DNA of 64,000 nucleotides from an uncultured Actinomycetes bacterium (GTDB taxonomy: Bacteria > Actinomycetota > Acidimicrobiia > Acidimicrobiales > AC-9). Position numbers and translations under genes: made by a program. The stretch covers positions 188,222-252,221 of the forward strand of contig CAVSUO010000006.1 in NCBI GenBank assembly GCA_963731255.1, given 5' to 3'. The notes under the pieces are model-generated. The model was given only the letters and a program-made list of their open reading frames with translations, had not been told where the DNA came from and did not search any database. Positions 55,960-64,000 of the stretch are shown here, in pieces (positions within the stretch are counted from its first letter, which is position 1; each line of letters begins with the position of its first letter).

Positions 55960-57212
55960 GGCCCGTCGACCCCCTCGATGGTCGCCAGCGCCTCGCCGAA
56001 GGCCTCCAGCGACGGGGCGATGGTGGCGGTGGGCCCGACGTGCGGCGTCACCGCGTCGACCGTCTTCAACCCGTGCCCGGTGACGTAGGCGACCACCCGC
56101 TCGTCGGAGCGGACGACGCCCGCGGCAGCCAGCTTGGCCAGGGTCGCGACCGTCACGCCTCCCGCCGTCTCGGCGAAGATCCCCTCGGTGCGGGCCAGCA
56201 GCCCGATGCCCTCGACGATCTCGTCGTCGGTGACGGCCTCCAGCGCCCCACCGGTCGAGCGGACGGTGTCCAGGGCGTACCAACCGTCCGCCGGGTTGCC
56301 GATGGCCAGCGACTTGGCGATCGTCTCGGGTCGGACCGGACGGATGTGGTCGACCCCTTCGGCGAAGGCGGTGGCGACCGGGGCGCAACCGGTGGCCTGG
56401 GCCCCCGAGATGCGCACCTCGGGGGGCTCGGGGAGCAGGCCGACGTCTGCCCAGCTCGCGGAATCCCTTGTGGATCTTGGTCAACTGGCTCCCGGAGCCG
56501 ACGGGCACCACCACGTGGTCAGGCGCCTGCCAGCCCAGCTGCTCGGCGACCTCGAAGGCGAGGGTCTTCGACCCCTCGGCGTAATAGGTGCGCACGTTGA
56601 CGTTCACGAACGCCCACGAGGGGTGCTCCGCCGTCAGCTCGGCGCACAGCCGGTTCACGTCGTCGTAGTTGCCCTCGACGGCGATGAGGTGGCCGCCGTA
56701 GACCGCCGTGGTCACGATCTTGGCCAGCTCGAGGTCGTGGGGGATGAAGACGAACGACTCCATGCCCGGCCCGGGCGGCGTGGGCGGCCACGGCGTTGGC
56801 CAGGTTGCCGGTCGAGGCGCAGGCCGCCACCTTGAAGCCCAGCTGGCGCGCCTTGGTCAGCGCCACCGACACGACCCGGTCCTTGAACGAGCCGGTCGGG
56901 TTCACCGTGTCGTTCTTGATCCACACCTCCCCCAGCCCCAGCTCGGCGGCCAGCCGGTCGGCCCGGACGAGCGGGGTGAAGCCGGCCCCGAGGTCCACCG
57001 GCGGCGCGTCGGTCTCGACCGGCAGCAGGTCGGCGTAGCGCCAGATCGTGTCGGGGCCGGCGGCGATGCTCTCGGCGGTGACACGGGCGGCGATGGCCTC
57101 GTAGTCGTAGGTGACCTCGAGGGGCCCGAAACAGTAGTCACAGACGTGCAGGGCCTCGGCCGGATACGACGCGCGCGCATTCCCGGCACCGAAGGCCTTC
57201 TATGAAGGGCAC
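55956..57212 (-). CDS. thrC: threonine synthase-like PLP enzyme (indels); may be an O-phosphohomoserine sulfhydrylase
   Basis: MPFIEGLRCREC..CDYCFGPL, NPTGSFKDR, ASTGNLA, EGSKT, SLAIGNPADG, VTGHGLKT. Confidence 0.85.
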
Positions 57213-57219
57213 AGCTCCT

Positions 57220-57325
57220 CCTCATCGCTCGGGCATTGGCACCTGGCGCCTCCCGCCTCTCGGCGGGTCCGGCGCTGGTTGTCGCGGCGTCGTAGGGCCC
57301 GGTCCCTCGACCGCTCTGGATGATG
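57220..57325 (-). ncRNA. SAM-I riboswitch
   Basis: AUCAUCCAGAGCGGUCGAGGGACCGGGCCCUACGACGCCGCGACAACC...GGUGCCAAUGCC...GAUGAG; the P1 3' strand overlaps SD GAGGAG. Confidence 0.9.
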
Positions 57326-57406
57326 GCGATATCAATAGTGATCGACCGGCGCCGGCCCGTCAAAGCGGATAGGGCGCCACCGGCCGTGGTAGTGGATCAT
57401 GGCGCC

Positions 57407-58312
57407 ATGGTCGCCGGCCGGTCGCGGGCCTTCCACCACCGCGAGTTCTCGCTCGAGTCGCTCGCCGCGGCCAAGCGGGGCCGGCGGGTGTCGATATGCC
57501 TGCCGGCGCGCGACGAGGCGGCGACCGTGGGCACCATCGTGCGGTCGGTGCTGACCGGGCCGATCGCGGCGTCGGGTCTCGTCGACGAGGTCCTCGTCGT
57601 CGACGACGGGTCGACCGACGGCACCGCTCAGGTCGCCCGGTCGGCGGGGGCTCGGGTGGAGCGGGCCGCCGACGTGCTCGGCCAGCACGGCGGTGGTCCG
57701 GGCAAGGGCCAGGCGCTGTGGCGGGCGGTGGCTGCCAGCGAGGGCGACGTCATCGCCTTTCTCGACGCCGACGTGACCAACTTCCGGCCGTGGTTCGTCG
57801 CCGGGCTGCTCGGGCCGGTGCTGACCTACGACGACGTGGCTTTCGTCAAGGCCTTCTACGAGCGCCCCCTCGATGGGCAGGCAACTGGCGGGGGGCGCGT
57901 CACCGAGCTGGTGGCCCGGCCGCTGATCGCGGTGCTCCTGCCGCACCTGTCGGACATCGTCCAGCCCCTGGCCGGCGAGTGCGCGGCGCCGCGCGAGGTG
58001 CTCGAGCGCCTCCCGTTCGCGTCGGGCTACGGGGTGGAGATCGGTCTGCTGGCCGACGTCGGTTCGCGTTATGGCCTGGGCTCGATCGCCGAGGTCGACC
58101 TGGGCACCCGAGCCCACCGCAACCGCCCCCTGTCCGAGCTGGCACCGCAGGCCGTGGCCATCGTGCAGGTCGCCCTCGAGCGGGCGGGGATGACGGCCCG
58201 GGGGCAGGCCTCGGCGAACCTCGTCATGCCAGGTACCGCCCCGGTGACCGTCTCGTCTGGCGACCTTCCGCCACTCGTCGACGTGCCTGCCTACACGCGC
58301 CGCACCGCCTGA
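57407..58312 (+). CDS. gpgS: glucosyl-3-phosphoglycerate synthase
   Basis: CLPARDEAATVG, GKGQALW, FLDAD, GGRVTELVARP, QPLAGE, GYGVEIGLL, HRNRPL. Confidence 0.88.
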   Translation: MVAGRSRAFHHREFSLESLAAAKRGRRVSICLPARDEAATVGTIVRSVLTGPIAASGLVDEVLVVDDGSTDGTAQVARSAGARVERAADVLGQHGGGPGKGQALWRAVAASEGDVIAFLDADVTNFRPWFVAGLLGPVLTYDDVAFVKAFYERPLDGQATGGGRVTELVARPLIAVLLPHLSDIVQPLAGECAAPREVLERLPFASGYGVEIGLLADVGSRYGLGSIAEVDLGTRAHRNRPLSELAPQAVAIVQVALERAGMTARGQASANLVMPGTAPVTVSSGDLPPLVDVPAYTRRTA

Positions 58313-59332
58313 AGGGCGGCGAGGTAGCTGGCGACCTCGTCCTCCACGCATTCCAGGGTTCGGGTGATCGCCCGCTCCCGCCCGTGGCGCTCGACGAGCG
58401 AGACGACGGAGACGTCGCGGTAGCCGTCGTTGCTGTCGTGCCGGAGGGCAGGCAGGTCGCGGTCGACCACCTCACCCACGACGGCGAGCACGGGGACGTG
58501 GGCCTGGGCCGCCAGCTCGGTGACGCCGCCGACCACCTTGCCCCGGAACGACTGCTCGTCGAGAAAGCCCTCGCCGGTGACGACGAGCTGGGCCTCGCCG
58601 ATCTCCTCGGCCAGGCCCACCGCCTCGGCGACCAGCTCGAACCCGGGGACCAAGGTGGCACCGAGGGCCGCCAGGCCGCCGGCGAGCCCGCCGGCGGCGC
58701 CGCTGCCCGGCAGCCGACGGACGTCCACGCCGTGCTCGTCCTCGTACACCTGGGCCAGGCGCTCGAGGCGGCGGCGCAGCAGGGCCACCTGGGCCGGGCT
58801 CGCTCCCTTCTGGGGCGCAAACTCCTGGGCGGCCTCGACGAACGTCGTCGTCACGTCGCACGCCACCACGAGCTCGACCCTGGCCAGGCGCGCGTGTGGC
58901 TCCAGCGCCCGGAGGGCGCCGAGCCCGCCGTCGGTCGTCGCCGATCCCCCCACGCCGACGATCACCCGACGCGCTCCGGCGGCGACGGCGGCCGCGATCA
59001 GCTGTCCCGTCCCGGTGGTGGAGGCCGCCACCGGGTCGTTTCGCCGCGGCCCCACCCGCCAGCTCCAGGCCCGAGGCGCGGGCCATCTCGACGACGGCGG
59101 TCCTGTCGTCCAGATGCCACTCGGCCACCACCGCCTCGCCGAGCGGACCTTGCACGGACGTGCGGCGGGTCCTCCCGCCCAGGGCGTCGAGGATGCCCTC
59201 GCCCCCGTCGGCCATGGGCACCTGGGCGCAGCTCCACCCCCGCGACGCACCGGCCCGGGCGGCGGCCGCCGCCACCTCGCTGGCCGCGGCAGTCCCCCTG
59301 AACTTGTCCGGAGCGGCCACGAGGTGGGGCAC
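58291..59332 (-). CDS. glycerate kinase (1 indel)
   Basis: APDKFRG, PMADGGEG, EMARASGL, GGSATTDGG, FAPQKGA, VTGEG..D.QS..GKV. Confidence 0.92.
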
Positions 59333-59478
59333 GGCGCCATCGTGCCCGACGGGTCGACCGGCGGGCGACCGCGGCCGGGGCCGGGCCCGCGAGGACGTCG
59401 GGCGGTTGTCTGGTTCCATTGCAGGTAGGTCCCGCCCACGGCGGAGTCGCCGGCGGCGGAGCCGGTAGGGTCCGGGGC

Positions 59479-60855
59479 ATGGGCGGACCGGAGCTGGTCA
59501 TCGTCTCCAACCGAGGTCCGCTGTCCTTCTCGCTCGACGACGACGAGCAGCTCGTCGCCCGGCGGGGCGCCGGCGGGCTGGTGTCGAGCCTCAGCCCCCT
59601 GGTTGCCGGGACCGACACCATCTGGATCGCGGCGGCCATGGGCGAGCACGACCGGGCGGCGGCGGAACGCGGGCTGATGGAGATCGAGGGCTTCCGCCTC
59701 CAGTCGCTGGCCCTCGATCCCGATCGCTATCGCATGGCATACGACGTGGTGTCGAACGCCACCTTGTGGTTCCTCCATCACGGACTGTTCGATCTCGCCC
59801 GCCGGCCGCGTCTCGACCGGCGCTGGCTCGAGGCATGGACCGCCTATCAGCAGGTGAACACGGCGTTCGCCGACGCCGTGGTCGAGACGGCCCCCGAAGG
59901 CGCAACCGTGCTCGTGCAGGACTACCACCTGGCCTTGGTCGGCGCCGGGCTCGCACGCCGTCGTCCCGACCTGCGGGCAGTGCACTTCACCCACACGCCG
60001 TTCTCCGATCCCAGCGGCATCCGCATACTGCCGTCGGCGGTGGCCGAGGAGCTCCTCGCCGGGATGGCGGCTCACGTGTCGTGTGGATTCCACGCCCCTC
60101 GCTGGGCGCAGGCTTTCGAGGCGTGTTGCGTCGAGGTACTGGGCAGCGTGCCGCCGACGTTCGTGGCGCCACTCGGGCCCGACGCCGAGGACCTCGATCA
60201 GGTCGCCAGCTCGGAGGAGAGCGACAGGTGGGACGGTTGGCTGACGTCGCTGCTGGGTGATCGTCAGATGGTCCTGCGCGTGGACCGGGTCGAGCTGTCG
60301 AAGAACGTCCTGCGCGGGTTCCTTGCCTTCGACGAGCTGCTCGCCGCTCATCCCGAGCTGCGGGAGCGGGTGACCTTCGTAGCCCTGGTGTACGCCTCCC
60401 GCCAGGGCCTGCCCGAGTACCTCGCCTACCGGACCGAGGTCGAGCATCTTGCGAGCCAGGTCAACCACAGGTGGGCGACACCGGGCTGGATGCCGATCGT
60501 GCTCGATATCACCGACAACTATCCGCGCTCGGTCGCCGCGCTCCGCCGGTACGACGTGCTCCTGGTCAACCCGTTGCGCGATGGGCTCAACCTCGTCGCC
60601 AAGGAGGGGCCGATCGTCAACACCAACGACGGGCTGCTGGCCCTCTCCCGTGAGGCCGGGGCGTGGGCGGAGCTGAGCGAGGCGGCGTTGGAAGTCAACC
60701 CCTTCGACGTCGCTGGCACCGCCGACGTCCTGGCGACCGCCCTGACCATGTCGTCGGCCGAACGAGCCGAGCGGTCGGCGGCCATCCGAGCGGTCGCCGG
60801 ACGGCGGTCGCCGAGGGACTGGCTCGACGACCAGCTGGCTGCCGCCGAGGCCTGA
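59479..60855 (+). CDS. otsA: trehalose-6-phosphate synthase
   Basis: VSNRGP, GGLV, VQDYHL, HFTHTPF, VDRVELSKN..RG, DGLNLVAKE. Confidence 0.93.
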   Translation: MGGPELVIVSNRGPLSFSLDDDEQLVARRGAGGLVSSLSPLVAGTDTIWIAAAMGEHDRAAAERGLMEIEGFRLQSLALDPDRYRMAYDVVSNATLWFLHHGLFDLARRPRLDRRWLEAWTAYQQVNTAFADAVVETAPEGATVLVQDYHLALVGAGLARRRPDLRAVHFTHTPFSDPSGIRILPSAVAEELLAGMAAHVSCGFHAPRWAQAFEACCVEVLGSVPPTFVAPLGPDAEDLDQVASSEESDRWDGWLTSLLGDRQMVLRVDRVELSKNVLRGFLAFDELLAAHPELRERVTFVALVYASRQGLPEYLAYRTEVEHLASQVNHRWATPGWMPIVLDITDNYPRSVAALRRYDVLLVNPLRDGLNLVAKEGPIVNTNDGLLALSREAGAWAELSEAALEVNPFDVAGTADVLATALTMSSAERAERSAAIRAVAGRRSPRDWLDDQLAAAEA

Positions 60856-60870
60856 GGAGCGCGGCGGCCG

Positions 60871-61674
60871 TCAGCTCGCCGCCAGCCAGCCCAGCAGGGA
60901 AGCCACCCCCTCGGGACCGTCGACGACCAGGTCGGCCGCGCCCCGCAGCTCCGGTGGGATCTCGGCGCTGGCCGCGGCCACCTTGCAGGTGACCATTCCC
61001 TCGGCCGCCAGCCGGTCGAGAGCGGCGAAGGCCGCCAGGTCTCCGCGGTCGTCGCCGACGAAACACGCTGCACGGAGCCCACTGCACAGCTCGGTGACGA
61101 CAGTTCCCTTGTCCGCCGGCAGCGGGGGACGAAGCTCGACGCTCATCTTGCCGGGGTGCAGCTCGAGGTCGGTCTCCCGCGCCATCTCCTCGGCGAACGA
61201 CCGTGCCCACCCGGCGTTGGCGGTCGCCGTGCGCCAGTGGAAGGCGACACCGAGACCCTTGTGCTCCACCAACGTCCCGGCTGGAGCTGCAGCCCGCGCG
61301 GCCCGTTCCACCCGATCCACCACGGGTCGCCACCGTTCCGCCTCGGGGCGGGCGTGAACGACGCCACCGCTTCCTGCCCACTCCAGGCCGTAGAGGCCCG
61401 ATGCCAGCACGCCCGGGCCGTGGCCGGCAGCGCCTCGTCCGAGCCCGAGACGCTCGACGAGAAACCCTGCCGGGCGGCCGGAGATCACCGCCACCCGGCG
61501 ATACCGGCCGGCCAGCCGGTGGAGGGCGTCGAGGGCCGCCGGGAGCGGTCGGGCCTCGCCCGGGTCGTCGACGATGGGTGACAGCGTCCCGTCGAAGTCG
61601 ACCAGCACGCCGCCCTGGTCCGGATGCTCGCGCAGCTCCGTGAGGGAGGCCACACCGAAGTCGGGCACCGCCAC
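60871..61674 (-). CDS. otsB: trehalose-6-phosphate phosphatase
   Basis: DFDGTLSPI, ISGR, EHKG, GKMSVELRP, DKG, VGDDRGD. Confidence 0.93.
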   Translation of the reverse strand: MAVPDFGVASLTELREHPDQGGVLVDFDGTLSPIVDDPGEARPLPAALDALHRLAGRYRRVAVISGRPAGFLVERLGLGRGAAGHGPGVLASGLYGLEWAGSGGVVHARPEAERWRPVVDRVERAARAAAPAGTLVEHKGLGVAFHWRTATANAGWARSFAEEMARETDLELHPGKMSVELRPPLPADKGTVVTELCSGLRAACFVGDDRGDLAAFAALDRLAAEGMVTCKVAAASAEIPPELRGAADLVVDGPEGVASLLGWLAAS

Positions 61675-61703
61675 CTTGGGTCTGGGGCCGGACCGCTCGG
61701 GAC

Positions 61704-62318
61704 TCAGCGGACCGACGAGCTCGTCGAGTGGGCCGTGGTCGTGGTGTGGGCCGTGGTGGACGTGGTCGAGGCGCCGGACGCCGGCGCGCCCTGCCCCGCG
61801 AGGTCGGGGCCGACGACCACCACCACGTTCGCGGCCTGGGCGTTGGCGACCGGTGACGGCGTGGGAACGGGCATCACGGTGGCCGGAGCGAGGCCGAGGG
61901 CGGTGGCCACTGCTCCCGCCTCGCTGGCGAAGCCGGGGAGGAACAGGACTGCGGAGGACGCCGCCGTCGTGGTTGTGTTCGTCGGCGCCAGGACGTTGTA
62001 GCCCGCCTTGCGCAGGGTGTCGGAGACCTTGGCGCCCGCCCCGCCGGTCTTGGTGCCGTTGGCCACCAGGGTCTTGACCTGCGCCGGTGGGCGGGCGGCC
62101 GCCGTCGTGGTGGGCGCGGGGGCCGTCGTCGTCGTGCTCGAGGCGGCCGGGGCGGCGGCGACCGACGCGGCGGATCCGCCCTGGGGCCGTCCCACCGTGT
62201 GGAAGAGGACGACGCCGATGACGACGCCGACGACGACGAGGGCTACGCCCCGTACCACCCGGACCGGCGGAACCTCGTGATGCGGGTCTCCTCCACCCAG
62301 GTCCCCGCCGCTGCTCAT
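61704..62318 (-). CDS. LytR_C-domain membrane protein
   Basis: N-terminal TM, Thr/Ala linker, VANGT..GAG, VVVVVGPD. Confidence 0.85.
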   Translation of the reverse strand: MSSGGDLGGGDPHHEVPPVRVVRGVALVVVGVVIGVVLFHTVGRPQGGSAASVAAAPAASSTTTTAPAPTTTAAARPPAQVKTLVANGTKTGGAGAKVSDTLRKAGYNVLAPTNTTTTAASSAVLFLPGFASEAGAVATALGLAPATVMPVPTPSPVANAQAANVVVVVGPDLAGQGAPASGASTTSTTAHTTTTAHSTSSSVR

Positions 62319-62575
62319 GGCGAGGGTGGCTCTCCCGCCGAGGAGCCCTCGTAGCGGGCCTTTCGGCGGCGATCACGACGTCGTCGCAGGCGAAGGACGA
62401 CCAGCGGGTCGTAGGCCGCCGCCTCGCGGGACTCGAGCAGCTGACCCAGGAGCTGGTAGTACCGACCCGAGGACATCTGGAACCGTCGCTCGATGGCGGC
62501 GCGCTTGGACCCCGGCTCGATCCACCAGCTGCGCTCGAAGTCGAGGATCGCCCGGTCCCGATCGGAGAGCGCCAT
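62315..62575 (-). CDS. DUF3263 protein
   Basis: LSDRDRAILDFERSWW...RYYQLL...YDPLVV.RLRR. Confidence 0.9.
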   Translation of the reverse strand: MALSDRDRAILDFERSWWIEPGSKRAAIERRFQMSSGRYYQLLGQLLESREAAAYDPLVVLRLRRRRDRRRKARYEGSSAGEPPSP

Positions 62576-62661
62576 CCACGGCAGCCTGCCAATACTGCCG
62601 CCGAGAATCAAGCACTTCGCCCCCGGGGCCGAGGAGGCCCCCGGTACGCTGGCCTATCGCC

Positions 62662-62734
62662 GCCGGTGTGGCGCAGTTGGTAGCGCAGGCGACTTGTAAT
62701 CGCCAGGTCGTGGGTTCGAATCCCACCGCCGGCT
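62662..62734 (+). tRNA. tRNA-Thr(TGT)
   Basis: GCCGGTGTGGCGCAGTTGGTAGCGCAGGCGACTTGTAATCGCCAGGTCGTGGGTTCGAATCCCACCGCCGGCT; anticodon TGT. Confidence 0.96.
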
Positions 62735-63739
62735 CGGAGAATTGCTAGGCGACCGACGGCGGCGGCCCGAAATCGGCGCGTGGACGGCAGCCGGAAATGG
62801 GGGCGTCAGCCAGCGTGGTCCGGAAACGCCGAAGGACATCGGCAGCTCAAGCTGTGCGAATCCTCGCCAACTATGGATGCTGGGCGATGAACGGGCCTTG
62901 CAGCGAACAGGCCCCGAGCGTACGCTTCCAGATCGAAAGGAGCGTCCAGGTGTTGCTCGAGCTCGCTCGGGGCAATGAGCCGTTACGAATCTCGGGAGTC
63001 GCTGGCTGAGCAAAATATCGACCGGATGAATCGGATAGAGCCGTCGACTGCTCAGAGCGTCCTCCCTGCGGCCCGTACAGGACGCCGCGTCAAGCCGACA
63101 GTGGCCGAGGTAAGTCTCGTCAGTAAGGATCTCGTTGTAGGGCACGCGGATCGGCTGCCACGGCTGGCATCGTACGGAAAACAGTTCGACACCGAGTCGG
63201 GCGGGGATCGCCCGGAGTAGGTCGAACATGGCCGCATCGCGAGGGCCATCGTCGGCATGCGCCGACGAACGGGGCGGCCAGTGAACGAGGGATGAAGACG
63301 GCGGTGCTGTGACGAACTGGCGCATCATCCTGGTAGGCGGCACGATCTGGCCGAAGGGAGAGTCCAAGACATGTCCAGGACGTAGGCGAGCAACCTGGTG
63401 CTGATAGTGGCTCGCTCGGAGTCATCGACCGGTATACCTGCAGTCTAGTGTGAGCTTCTTCGGTGCTGCTTTAGGCCGACGTCTCGCCAAGCCCGACGCC
63501 GAAGCGCTCCGCTTGATAGCGGCACGGTCGTCCAGCAACCAGTACATCTGTTGCGATAGCCCGTCTTCGAGGTTGACGTCGCCGAAGATCTGCCGGGAGA
63601 AAGGTCATCACCGGTCAATCGAGATTGCCGATGTGATGACCTGCAGCCTGGCATATCTCCGAACGAATTCTTCACGCCGCGCCATCTGCGATTGAGGAGG
63701 TCGGCTGCGCCATCCCGCTCAATGAGATAGGCCCGGTAG

Positions 63740-64000
63740 GCCTTCGATTCCCTCGTGGCCGAGTACAACAACGATCGGCCCAACCAGGCCATCGGCAACT
63801 GCACTCCGGCCGAGCGCTTCGCCGCTCAGGACGACCGCCGGACCCGTTGCCGGTCGAGCGGTCCGCCATAGCCAACCGACGCACCGGCGACGACTGGGTC
63901 ACCCGTACCGTGGCCGCCGACGGCATCATCTCGGTAGCCTGGCAGGTCCTCAGCGTCGGCAAGCACTACGGGGGTACCGTCGTCGACGTCCACGTCACCG
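63740..64000 (+). mobile_element. IS481-family transposase C-terminal fragment
   Basis: EYNNDRPNQAIGNCTPAERF...DWVTRTVAADGIISVAWQVLSVGKHYGG..VDV; no N-terminal DDE region upstream; runs off the window. Confidence 0.75.

Noticed and set aside
61700-62230. Thr/Ala/Pro low-complexity repeats (also in qcrC 32460-32580)
   Set aside because: Ordinary linkers of surface-exposed actinobacterial proteins.

Overview
High-GC actinobacterial DNA; gene content and order suggest Acidimicrobiia, which is an inference. It has three parts. (1) Bases 1 to ~11,600 are the end of a visibly lower-GC accessory island abutting the 3' end of tRNA-Arg(CCT). It carries an F420-type LLM oxidoreductase, a DUF1778/GNAT toxin-antitoxin pair, STAS and Crp regulators, small orphan ORFs, a GNAT, a crotonase and a TetR. 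A tyrosine-integrase N-terminus runs directly into the TetR frame. (2) Bases ~11,700 to 62,734 are core chromosome: a deaminase, a DUF929-VKOR-(His-rich membrane/beta-propeller) operon, a Tat-exported flavin amine oxidase and tatA, ctaCDF and ctaE-qcrCAB converging on an ECF42/DGPF cassette, helD, hemE-hemG, ku, lnt, cobT, GH1, tesB, two citrate synthases (one CBS-fused), PAC2, an amidase, chdC-larE-NIL, groEL with a CIRCE, a SAM-I riboswitch ahead of thrC-like/moaD-like genes, gpgS, glycerate kinase, otsAB and tRNA-Thr(TGT). (3) After tRNA-Thr a second foreign stretch begins, with an IS481 fragment. Many core genes, including groEL, hemE, qcrA and qcrB, are broken by single-base indels, mostly insertions. 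I read these as long-read consensus errors, so gene limits were reconstructed by eye across frames. The best candidates for undescribed biology are the DUF929/VKOR/membrane-propeller redox operon, a SAM-controlled sulfur-carrier route possibly charged by an orphan LarE plus NIL, a CBS-citrate synthase fusion and the integrase-TetR chimera. No database searches were run.
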